Part shown: positions 29,599 to 37,422 of the stretch, one piece after another
How positions within the stretch are numbered: the stretch's first letter is position 1
Layout: every line of letters begins with the position of its first letter
Translations under genes and position numbers: made by a program
IMG/VR virus record: IMGVR_UViG_3300010316_000017
Span: 1-43,079 of that record
Direction: 5' to 3' (one strand)
DNA length: 43,079 nucleotides
DNA from: a virus
Taxonomy: Duplodnaviria > Caudoviricetes
Notes under the pieces: generated by a model
Databases searched by the model: none
Told to the model about the DNA's origin: nothing
Seen by the model: the letters and a program-made list of their open reading frames with translations, nothing else

Positions 29599-30720
29599 AT
29601 GCAGTTTCCGATTAAACTAACCAAAGCCGACTTCTTCAGGTATGATAATACAGCCACTATTGCCGAGCTTTTAGTTTATAAAGTTATATGCTCCCTGGCT
29701 AAAGGAAGGCCTTGCAAAGCTACTGATGCTTATATAGGCAAGCAACTCGGTATAAATTCTACTTCAGTTAGTAGGCATATTCAGAAACTAGACGAGAAAA
29801 ACTACATTCATAAGAAACGTATCAAAACGTCAGGAACTGTGAAGGTTACCAGACAGATAACTATTGTGTCCATAGGCAGAATCCTTAAAAGCGATCCCAT
29901 ATACAAGGATTTTAAATTTTTAATTATACCAGCGCACATACTCTCCGCCAAAATAGATGCCAGAAAAAAAATTATACTCTCTTTGATAGAAGGCTTCGGA
30001 GGAGAAGATAATTTTATAGCCTCTAAAGAATATGTAGCAGGATTAATTAAGATGTCCCCAAAATATACTAGAGAACTTTTACTTAAAATGGGGCTGGTTC
30101 AAAAACGTGTTTGGCAGAAGGATTTTGATGGCTGTGAAAGTATAGAACGGGTGGCTGTGAAAGTACTGGACGATGGCTGTGAAAGTACTGGACCTATGGC
30201 TGTGAAAGTACTATTCGATGGCTGTGAAAGTACTGAGGGATTAGATAGACTAGATAAGATAGACTATGATAAGATAGACTATGATAAAATAGCGGCTGAT
30301 AAAATAGTAGAAATGACTAATTCAGGTGCCCCTGAAGAAAGGGTTAAAAAGGCGCGTCTTCTAACAGAATTATCTGAGGAAAGGAAGGATGAAAGATTTA
30401 ACATGGCGGTAAAACTAGAGGAAACTTTGCAGGTGCTGCTAGCTAATCTGTCTTCGGATATAGAGCTAGATTCTCGATCGATTTTTCACATGCATATTCT
30501 AAAGCTTATCAATAGACCTAGATGGAATGCTTCTGAAAGGGATATGGAACTTATAGAGGAGATTCAATTGTCTTTATACCTTGATGACGGACATCTATCA
30601 TTAGCGGCTGAGCGAATAGCCTTAGATATTGTATCAATTCTATTTGTAGTTAAAACATTTAACTTTGGGTCTGTGTTAGCAGGTGCTAGGGTATTATTAC
30701 AAAAAACAAGTGCAATTTAA
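29599..30720 (+). CDS. Winged-HTH replication initiator (lambda O / replisome-organiser-like)
   Basis: N-terminal HTH (ATDAYIGKQLGINSTSVSRHIQKLDEKNYI), a second HTH-like segment (ASKEYVAGLIKMSPKYTRELL) and an internal iteron array in the linker. Confidence 0.7.
   Translation: MQFPIKLTKADFFRYDNTATIAELLVYKVICSLAKGRPCKATDAYIGKQLGINSTSVSRHIQKLDEKNYIHKKRIKTSGTVKVTRQITIVSIGRILKSDPIYKDFKFLIIPAHILSAKIDARKKIILSLIEGFGGEDNFIASKEYVAGLIKMSPKYTRELLLKMGLVQKRVWQKDFDGCESIERVAVKVLDDGCESTGPMAVKVLFDGCESTEGLDRLDKIDYDKIDYDKIAADKIVEMTNSGAPEERVKKARLLTELSEERKDERFNMAVKLEETLQVLLANLSSDIELDSRSIFHMHILKLINRPRWNASERDMELIEEIQLSLYLDDGHLSLAAERIALDIVSILFVVKTFNFGSVLAGARVLLQKTSAI
30129..30232 (+). repeat. Five iterons TGGCTGTGAAAGTA (putative replication origin)
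   Basis: Exact 14-mers start at 30129, 30152, 30174, 30197 and 30219 (spacing 23/22/23/22). They are read in alternating frames. Confidence 0.85.
30243..30286 (+). repeat. Three AT-rich tandem repeats AGATAGACTA(T)GATA next to iterons
   Basis: Copies at 30243, 30257 and 30272. Candidate unwinding element. Confidence 0.7.
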
Positions 30721-30730
30721 ATAAGATAAT

Positions 30731-31219
30731 ATGAAAAATATAAAGAATATGACAGTAATCGAGGCAAGCCAATTAAGTTTAGCAGAATGCATCCACTATT
30801 TGGAGAGCGAGTTTAAATATAGTAGCACAAGCACTGCACTGTGTATTATAAAAGTTCTTAAGGCCTTAGAAGAGGCTCGAGCAGGTGAAAAAAATATAGG
30901 TACCCAGATAAACCTACAAAGAGCTTCGTGCGATTCTTTTTCTCCTGATAGTAATTTCCCTAACGCTAAGTGTAGTAACTGCAGAGGTACGGAGATAGAG
31001 CATAAAGTAAATCCGTGGAACATAATTGAAGAGAGGTATATGCCTACAAGAGCTGAATGGGACTCTGTGTTACGGAGTATAACGCAATTAGAGCACGAAT
31101 CAGCTGCTAACGCAATACTCGGGCCGTCAGAAATTAGAAAGTGCACGGCATATATGCAAGACCACAGGTCTTCCGGTATGCAGTGTATTAATTGCGGTAA
31201 AGGAAAATATATGCATTAA
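30731..31219 (+). CDS. Hypothetical protein with two C-x2-(F/Y)-x9-C-x2-C-x6-H zinc-binding motifs
   Basis: CDSFSPDSNFPNAKCSNCRGTEIEH and CTAYMQDHRSSGMQCINCGKGKYMH. Confidence 0.6.
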   Translation: MKNIKNMTVIEASQLSLAECIHYLESEFKYSSTSTALCIIKVLKALEEARAGEKNIGTQINLQRASCDSFSPDSNFPNAKCSNCRGTEIEHKVNPWNIIEERYMPTRAEWDSVLRSITQLEHESAANAILGPSEIRKCTAYMQDHRSSGMQCINCGKGKYMH

Positions 31220-31263
31220 GATAATTGCGGTGGTACTGGCATCTCTTTGTATTTAAAGGTTAA

Positions 31264-32043
31264 TTAATCGTCTTCATCCATAGCGTCAAATAACTCGTCT
31301 AGGTCTATATCATCTTGCGGAAAATCATCTAGATCATAAAAAGGATCTTCTATGGCGTATTCGTCTTCATCTAAAATGTCGTTTTTCAACGCTGTGACTG
31401 CAAGTATTTTAACTCGGTCTACATGTTCTTTTTCTGCTCTCTCCAGGCCTAGTACATGATAAGGAAGATGTTTGAAAGTATACTGGTACCCTGATCTAGG
31501 TGATGGGTCTGTAATTACCTTATCTTCCTTAGAAAGATTGTCGAATTGCTTATCGTCTGGAGGAATTAAGGATGCCATTAGACATTGAGACCTGATAAAA
31601 ATCATACTATCTAGTAAATGATGTGTAGCTAGTTTAAGTGATCCAAACTCTATTCGTTGCCCAGTACCTTTAAACGTAGCTATGACGGGTCTGTCAGCCA
31701 CATTTGATTTCGGAGCATCTATTAAAACTGCTTTGGAAGGTAAAGGATCTATACCATATTCAGGAAAACTTATAGCGTCAAGATGATATGAAAAATATCT
31801 GAAGGCTGCGAATAAGTCCGCCGAATCCCTATCATTATTAGGGGAATTTGGAAGTTTCTTTGTATGCTTTAATACAGTCTCGTCATATTGACTATATGTA
31901 TCCGTAATATATACAAGGCACTGCTCACAGTACTTTATATCTGGAATATAGTTACGCGCCGAAGTGAAGTAGCTCTCATGCTTAAATATAGCACATGCTG
32001 GGCATCTCGTAAAGCTCTTAGGTATTTGTTCTGTTATTTTCAT
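31264..32043 (-). CDS. Hypothetical protein with Zn ribbon, NUMOD1-like DNA-binding motif and acidic tail
   Basis: CPAC...CEQC, RPVIATFKGTGQRIEFGSLKLATHHL, and a D/E-rich C-terminus. Confidence 0.55.
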   Translation of the reverse strand: MKITEQIPKSFTRCPACAIFKHESYFTSARNYIPDIKYCEQCLVYITDTYSQYDETVLKHTKKLPNSPNNDRDSADLFAAFRYFSYHLDAISFPEYGIDPLPSKAVLIDAPKSNVADRPVIATFKGTGQRIEFGSLKLATHHLLDSMIFIRSQCLMASLIPPDDKQFDNLSKEDKVITDPSPRSGYQYTFKHLPYHVLGLERAEKEHVDRVKILAVTALKNDILDEDEYAIEDPFYDLDDFPQDDIDLDELFDAMDEDD

Positions 32044-32044
32044 A

Positions 32045-32275
32045 TTATTTCCTATTATTCATTAAATTTTTGGCGCTCGATATAACTTCGCCCATTTCAG
32101 CTCTGCTTCTAAAGGATCCAGTGCTTAACACTGCTATACAAATTCCTTTAGCGTTAAAAATTAGTGCAGGCCCCGTCCCGTTCCAATCGAATTTCCATGG
32201 AATAGAGTTTAAATTATCAACGCCAGCCTCTTTTAATAGTTTTTCGGCCCGTTTTGTGCAATTATCTTTGGGCAT
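32045..32275 (-). CDS. Hypothetical protein
   Basis: 76 aa ORF coupled to the downstream gene. Confidence 0.55.
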   Translation of the reverse strand: MPKDNCTKRAEKLLKEAGVDNLNSIPWKFDWNGTGPALIFNAKGICIAVLSTGSFRSRAEMGEVISSAKNLMNNRK

Positions 32276-32354
32276 TTACTATCCTACATTAGCTATAACT
32301 AAAATACTAAATTTTCAGGTGGTAAAGAAGATATAACAGAAAAATCGTACAGAG

Positions 32355-32385
32355 GTTTACATTTAGATAAAAATAGAGTATTATT
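32355..32385 (+). promoter_or_regulatory. Putative late promoter GTTTAC-N16-AGTATTATT
   Basis: Same bipartite motif, 27 nt upstream of the 32413 ATG. Confidence 0.6.
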
Positions 32386-32412
32386 AGATTACTAATTGTA
32401 GAAATATATATT

Positions 32413-33069
32413 ATGAAAGTTAAAACTAGTGCTGGATGTGGTTGTGGAGGTAAGATGCAAAACGGTGGAGCCGCTCGTCAGAAACTTATGAAAGGCGGTA
32501 AAGCCGGTAAGTGCGGTTGTGGTGGAAGTGTGAAGAAAGCTCAAACAGGAGGTACAGCAACTATCCCAGCTGCAAAACCCAATGAAAAGGCTAAGTTAGC
32601 TAATACATTTGCTAAGCCCGCTATGTCAAATCAGCGTGCAACGCTCCCCAGTTATGGCATAATGGCCGGTACAACGGAAAGACTTATGAGAAAAAAGAAA
32701 ATGGACCAGGCTAACAGTAGGTCTATTAATCCTAAAAAGAAAAAAACCAAACCTGGATTTAATCCTGGTCTAATGCAGACTGGAGGAACAACTGCTCAAG
32801 CTGGGTTTGCTTCATCTGTAAATAAAGACGCAAAAAGCAATGTGCCTATAGGAGCTAAGCAAATGAAGGCGTATGAAACTGGTGGGTTGCTAAATATAAG
32901 GGTCAATAGATCTTATGTAGCGGAAGAAGGCGTGACTAATGAAGGTCTTCCAAAGTTTAAAGCTACTGGAAAATATCGTAACGGTGGGATGATTGGGCGA
33001 CTGGTCGGAGAACTTAGACGCGTTTATCCTGGAACCCCAGGGTTTGTGGTTAACGGTGTAAAATATTAA
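32413..33069 (+). CDS. Basic low-complexity protein with six x-GG motifs, putative internal virion protein
   Basis: KMQNGG, KLMKGG, KAQTGG, LMQTGG, AYETGG and KYRNGG, plus a duplicated CGCGG. Confidence 0.65.
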   Translation: MKVKTSAGCGCGGKMQNGGAARQKLMKGGKAGKCGCGGSVKKAQTGGTATIPAAKPNEKAKLANTFAKPAMSNQRATLPSYGIMAGTTERLMRKKKMDQANSRSINPKKKKTKPGFNPGLMQTGGTTAQAGFASSVNKDAKSNVPIGAKQMKAYETGGLLNIRVNRSYVAEEGVTNEGLPKFKATGKYRNGGMIGRLVGELRRVYPGTPGFVVNGVKY

Positions 33070-33130
33070 CGAGCAACTTTTTTTTTATTATTTTTTTTAG
33101 ATTGTTGTGATTATTATTGTTTATTCGAAA

Positions 33131-33161
33131 GGCCACTAGACTGATTATCTAGTGGTTTTTT
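33131..33161 (+). terminator. Intrinsic terminator
   Basis: GGCCACTAGA-CTGATTA-TCTAGTGGTT followed by a T-tract. It is immediately followed by a CGTATTATT box. Confidence 0.75.
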
Positions 33162-33186
33162 CGTATTATTAAATAAATTTATAGCT

Positions 33187-35103
33187 ATGAGTGATAAGAG
33201 ACCTGAATTTATTTATAATTATAATACTGAGAGAACGGCTAAGTATCAGACAGGTGCTATGATTGGGCAGGGGCATGCCCCGGTAGAGAAGACTTGGAGA
33301 GAAAAGCTGAGCGATGGGGTCTCTGATTTTGGTACAAGAACATTAAATGCAGTTAAGACTTTTGGAGGTAGCGCTGTAGGAGATGCTATACATGGTGTTA
33401 GTCCCGAAGCTGCTGAAAATGTTGAGAAGTATACAGGCGGTTTTATACCTTATACCAAGGAGCAAGAACTTATAGCTAATAGAAGTACTAACCCTGATAG
33501 ATGGAAAAACCGTACTAATGCTGCTACTGATGCGGCAACTAATGCTGTAGCAGGCGTCTTAACGGACGGGCTTGTTCAAAAAATTCCTGGAGCTATAAAC
33601 GCGTTTAAGGCTAAAAGAGCCCCTAAACCTGCGGCACTGAACTGGGGTAAATGGAACGCTGAGATACCGGCTAATAAAGAGTTAATGCAGGAGTACGCAG
33701 CAATAGAGCGGACTGCTAAAGCTAACGGAACCTGGATGAAAAATCCGGACGGTAGCGCCTTTATGGGTACGTCTGAACAATTTGTTCAACAAAACAGTGG
33801 TAATTTTAAAAAGTTTTTTACAGATAGTAAGATAATAAACGGTACTGGGAGTCCTAAGGTAGTGCACCATGGTGGTAGAAAAGGAATAGAAACTTTTATT
33901 GCTCCTGGAGATGAGGGATTTGCTATCAATAAAGGGATGAATAGCGCCACTAAGGATTATGGTATTTATTTTGCAGGTGATAAGGGCATAGCTAAACGAT
34001 ATCTAAGAGGACACTCTAAGGATGACAGGCAGTTGTATGAGGCTTACCTCAATATAAAAAACCCCTACAGATCTTCTTTTATGCAGAATAATTTTAGTCT
34101 TAGTAAAAAATCTTTTAAACCTACTAGAATATCTAAGGATAACATACAGGCTATCGGAGACAGCGACGGCACAATTTGGAGACCCCCGTATGGAGAATAC
34201 ACAGTACTAAAGCCGGAGCAGATAAAGTCGGCGGTAGGAAATAACGGTATGTTTAATGCGAATAGCGCTAATATTTATAAAGTATTAATTCCTGCAATAC
34301 TCGGTGGGGCGGCTGCGAAGTATCAGACAGGTGGAATTGTGGGTAGTAGATATGGCGCTGGAGAAATTGCTGACAGGACGGGGCCCCTTGGCCGGCATGC
34401 GGCGGAAGCTGAGGTTGGTGTGGAGGCGGCTGGTGTGGAGGCGGCTGGTGTAGAGGTGGATCCTAGGCCTCAGTTAGTAGCGCGTGCTGGAGATGGTATG
34501 CCAGGTAGAGAGGTTTATGATCAGCCGGTCGAGGGTGCTAGCGGAGATCAGGCTGCAACTATGGAAGATTATGTTACCTATTTGAATAAGAGAGAGATGA
34601 GCGGTAGACGGGATCCTGAGGCTTTGAAGACTTTCAATAGATTTGGATACGTGGGCGCATTTCAGATGGGAAGTATGGCCCTAGAAGAGGCTGGCCTGTT
34701 GAAGAAAGGCACGAGCAATGGAGGTAAGGCACGCAAGGCGGTTATAATGGATGGTAAGAACTGGGTCGGAGGCGAGAAGACTAGGGACATGTGGCTTGGA
34801 AGTTGGGATATGCAGAAGAGAAGTGCTATTAGGTTGGGTGAAATTAACAAGAAAAGGCTGGAAAAAGTGTTTGCTGAGAAAGGTATTGTTGACCGCACTG
34901 ACCAGATTAGTTATATGATGGCCGCTCACTTGGGCGGATCATGGAGTGTAAAGAAGGCGCTGAGAGGTGGGGAAGAAAGGCATGACGGTAATGGCGTGGG
35001 TATTTGGGAGTACAGGGATGGTTTTATGGACTGGTTTGGGAAGAGGGGTCTGAGTAAAGTTAAGGGGATGTTTCCTGAAGTTCCGGAGGTGAGATTTATG
35101 TAA
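33187..35103 (+). CDS. Polyvalent-type protein: ART-PolyVal (ADP-ribosyltransferase-like) domain plus C-terminal lysozyme-like domain
   Basis: SKIINGTGSPKVVHHG...GIYF...LYEAYLNIKNPY...EYTVLKPEQIKSAVGNNGMF fits ART-PolyVal. KREMSG...NRFGYVGAFQMG...AAHLGG...DGNG fits the lysozyme/lytic transglycosylase fold. Confidence 0.7.
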   Translation: MSDKRPEFIYNYNTERTAKYQTGAMIGQGHAPVEKTWREKLSDGVSDFGTRTLNAVKTFGGSAVGDAIHGVSPEAAENVEKYTGGFIPYTKEQELIANRSTNPDRWKNRTNAATDAATNAVAGVLTDGLVQKIPGAINAFKAKRAPKPAALNWGKWNAEIPANKELMQEYAAIERTAKANGTWMKNPDGSAFMGTSEQFVQQNSGNFKKFFTDSKIINGTGSPKVVHHGGRKGIETFIAPGDEGFAINKGMNSATKDYGIYFAGDKGIAKRYLRGHSKDDRQLYEAYLNIKNPYRSSFMQNNFSLSKKSFKPTRISKDNIQAIGDSDGTIWRPPYGEYTVLKPEQIKSAVGNNGMFNANSANIYKVLIPAILGGAAAKYQTGGIVGSRYGAGEIADRTGPLGRHAAEAEVGVEAAGVEAAGVEVDPRPQLVARAGDGMPGREVYDQPVEGASGDQAATMEDYVTYLNKREMSGRRDPEALKTFNRFGYVGAFQMGSMALEEAGLLKKGTSNGGKARKAVIMDGKNWVGGEKTRDMWLGSWDMQKRSAIRLGEINKKRLEKVFAEKGIVDRTDQISYMMAAHLGGSWSVKKALRGGEERHDGNGVGIWEYRDGFMDWFGKRGLSKVKGMFPEVPEVRFM

Positions 35104-35122
35104 AAATATTTGGGAGGTAAAT

Positions 35123-35171
35123 AAAAGCGCTGCTAAGTTTCCTTTGATGGGGATTCTAAGAGCGTTTTTTT
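35123..35171 (+). terminator. Probable terminator after ART/lysozyme gene
   Basis: Imperfect stem AAAAGCGCT...AGCGTTTTTTT. Confidence 0.5.
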
Positions 35172-35862
35172 GGTTGGTTGGGGATATGCTGTTGTTTGGA
35201 TGATCTAATTAGATACCCAAATGGTGGCATTTTTTAATACCTTACAAAACACTGCTCCTCTAAATAATTGGAATACGAACCTAGAGCGTGTATGAATTGT
35301 GTAAGACGGGAGAGGTAAGGGCCAAAGGAGGGCTAGATGGTGTGGAGCCTGTATCTTAATCGGTACGGGGTTTTTTGTGTGGTATGGTGAGGGCTAAGGT
35401 TAGGGATACAAAAAAGGTGCAGGAAATTACGTGAACCTACACCTCTTTCTGTCTAATTACAATCTATATATCAATAACAATAATTAACAGTGGTAAGGTA
35501 GGGGTTTTAAAGCGAGAAAAAAAAATTTTATTTTGCTAGGGGAATTTTATAGAGTAAATCCTAGAGGTTGGAGTTCTGTGACGGGGGTGCTATGGGCTTA
35601 TCTATTATGATGGCACCCTAAAAATTTAGGGGAAATGAATTTCTGACAAAACTTTGGGTAGGGTCGAAAAATAGTATACTGCCTACACTAAAGGTGTGTA
35701 GGGGTAGTATATGATATCGAACATGTTACCGATACATTTATATTACACCATAGGTAGTGTAGTGGCTCCTCATCTCAAGGAGGATAGATCACCACACTCC
35801 CTAGTATCATGATCAACCAACCCTGGGGTGGGTAGGGTCATGTCACCCTAATTATAACTCTT

Positions 35863-35887
35863 CGCTCCCTTGTCGCGTCTGTTCTTT
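35863..35887 (+). repeat. Motif A copy 1 (CGCTCCCTTGTCGCGTCTGTTCTTT)
   Basis: 25-mer present five times in intergenic DNA with 0-2 mismatches. Confidence 0.9.
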
Positions 35888-35914
35888 CTGTTTCCGTTTA
35901 ATAATATAAGTATT

Positions 35915-36171
35915 AAATGAGCGGTTCGCATACCGTTGCATCTAAACCTGAACGTTATCCGATGTCTATCTAGAATAGGCACACACGTTACAGGATTGCA
36001 CACCTATGCGATAGACTTCCGAATGGCAAGCGACTAACAAAGGTGCTCATTTTATTAATCTAGGGGATCGAAGCATATGCAGGCTCCTAGTCATCACTAT
36101 CACCATTGATAGTAGCGAAGTTCACGATGCTCAATCACGTTAGAGAGATTCTAACCAAGAGTCGTGAACTT
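35915..36171 (+). ncRNA. Candidate structured non-coding RNA, family not recognised
   Basis: No long ORF. Nested and serial stems plus a 7 nt loop-loop complement. Flanked by motif A upstream and hairpin C downstream. Confidence 0.55.
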
Positions 36172-36195
36172 GATGTTATATTACTGTAATAATCA

Positions 36196-36220
36196 ATGCC
36201 CCTGAAATATGGGGCTTTAA
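36196..36220 (+). terminator. Hairpin C copy 1 (ATGCCCCTGAAATATGGGGCTTTAA)
   Basis: Identical to 36577-36601. GC stem with a short T-tract. Confidence 0.7.
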
Positions 36221-36315
36221 TATTTCCAGCTTCACTATACAAAAGAAGAAAAGAGCTGGAAGAGGTTTTATTCACCCCATTGTCTCCTAAGAGACTGATC
36301 TCGTCATAGAAAACT

Positions 36316-36573
36316 ATGACAAGGGGCAATATATTTATAATTCATAACAAGATGAATGTAACTATAATTTTAGTGAATTACCGAGTTGTGGTAAAATGTA
36401 AAGATATATGCTTTACAGTAGGAGGTAAAGTTCTGACGTGCCTTGAAGGTACGATATTAGATAAGGACCAAACAGCAGATGGTCCTATGCTGAAATACAC
36501 AACAGAAGAAATTGAAGGTAAAAGAGCCTTAATTTTTAAAGATGTAATAACCCTCTACACAGAATCTGCTTAA
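36316..36573 (+). CDS. Small hypothetical protein
   Basis: The ORF ends 3 nt before hairpin C copy 2. The likely start is ATG 36352, after an A-rich leader. Confidence 0.55.
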   Translation: MTRGNIFIIHNKMNVTIILVNYRVVVKCKDICFTVGGKVLTCLEGTILDKDQTADGPMLKYTTEEIEGKRALIFKDVITLYTESA

Positions 36574-36576
36574 CCC

Positions 36577-36601
36577 ATGCCCCTGAAATATGGGGCTTTA
36601 A
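36577..36601 (+). terminator. Hairpin C copy 2
   Basis: Exact 25 nt repeat of 36196-36220. Confidence 0.7.
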
Positions 36602-36610
36602 ACAACAAAA

Positions 36611-36629
36611 AAGGAACGCTGCGCTGACC
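36611..36629 (+). repeat. Motif B copy 1 (AAGGAACGCTGCGCTGACC)
   Basis: 19-mer also at 37558 (exact) and 38835 (1 mismatch), always 50-74 nt upstream of a motif A. Confidence 0.9.
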
Positions 36630-36679
36630 TTTCTATTAAAATACAGGACTCTGAGTAAATAACCCCTTATCATACTCTT

Positions 36680-36704
36680 CGCTCCCTTGTCGCGCCTGTT
36701 CTTT
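36680..36704 (+). repeat. Motif A copy 2
   Basis: CGCTCCCTTGTCGCGCCTGTTCTTT, 1 mismatch. Confidence 0.9.
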
Positions 36705-36761
36705 CTTTGACTCTTTAATACTATAGTGTTGCAACGAGGTAACACTTAAAACTTAATTCCA

Positions 36762-37199
36762 ATGAAAATGAACACAGATAGTGCTCGTTCAGCGTTTAGA
36801 ATGAATCTAATCGCCTTAGTATTAACAGCCATAAATTGGCTACCAATGGAGGCATTCGTCAATGCTATGGCGAAAGCAGCTACTGCTCGACCATCAATTG
36901 ACGGTCAAGAGCCAACATTGGCAAACCTCGCGGGCATCGAGGCTAAAGAATGCTCACGGCTTCAAGAGAACTTTGAGGCCACTCGTAAGATTTTAATGGA
37001 TACGAGCTTGCCTGAGTTCTTACGCTTGCAATTCATTGACGCCCACAAAGGTCACGTTACTATGAGCGGTTGGCTAACTTTTGTGTATTCCATCAAGCCT
37101 GAACTAGCTCCTTCAGACTTACAGGGAACTAAGCACGTCAAGCCTTATGGCAAGATTGACCTAACTCCTAAACAGCAACGGGAGTTACAGGACAGCTAA
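36762..37199 (+). CDS. Hypothetical protein (cassette gene)
   Basis: 145 aa. Preceded by B-A, a 5' hairpin and AACTTAATTCCA; followed by hairpin C. Confidence 0.75.
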   Translation: MKMNTDSARSAFRMNLIALVLTAINWLPMEAFVNAMAKAATARPSIDGQEPTLANLAGIEAKECSRLQENFEATRKILMDTSLPEFLRLQFIDAHKGHVTMSGWLTFVYSIKPELAPSDLQGTKHVKPYGKIDLTPKQQRELQDS

Positions 37200-37216
37200 C
37201 TGAATTATTAATCAAA

Positions 37217-37239
37217 GCCTCTGAAATACGGGGCTTTAA
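37217..37239 (+). terminator. Hairpin C copy 3 (GCCTCTGAAATACGGGGCTTTAA)
   Basis: Variant that retains pairing through a G-U pair. Confidence 0.65.
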
Positions 37240-37249
37240 ACTCTGCCTT

Positions 37250-37378
37250 ATGACAGAAAATGTAAAGGTTATGCAATTACCTCGCACATTGCAACAACCA
37301 AGATATAGTTGGTCAAATATCAATCCTCGAACAGGGAGAAGATATATCACCAAATGCTTCTTGGTAAAGAATTATTAA
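37250..37378 (+). CDS. Micro-ORF, 42 aa basic peptide
   Basis: MTENVKVMQLPRTLQQPRYSWSNINPRTGRRYITKCFLVKNY fills the gap between two C hairpins. Confidence 0.45.
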   Translation: MTENVKVMQLPRTLQQPRYSWSNINPRTGRRYITKCFLVKNY

Positions 37379-37383
37379 TAACC

Positions 37384-37410
37384 AAGGCCTCTATCCCCAA
37401 GGGGCCTTTA
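37384..37410 (+). terminator. Hairpin C-like copy 4
   Basis: AAGGCCTCT-ATCCCCA-AGGGGCCTT-TA. Confidence 0.55.
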
Positions 37411-37422
37411 AACAACTGAAAT

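Noticed and set aside
35921-35936. tRNA suggested by GGTTCGCATACC
   Set aside because: T-loop-like only. There is no acceptor stem, D arm or anticodon arm at the right spacing.
36274-36326. Hammerhead ribozyme
   Set aside because: It has three-way junction geometry, but the core reads CTGATCT rather than CTGANGA and there is no GAAA after stem II.
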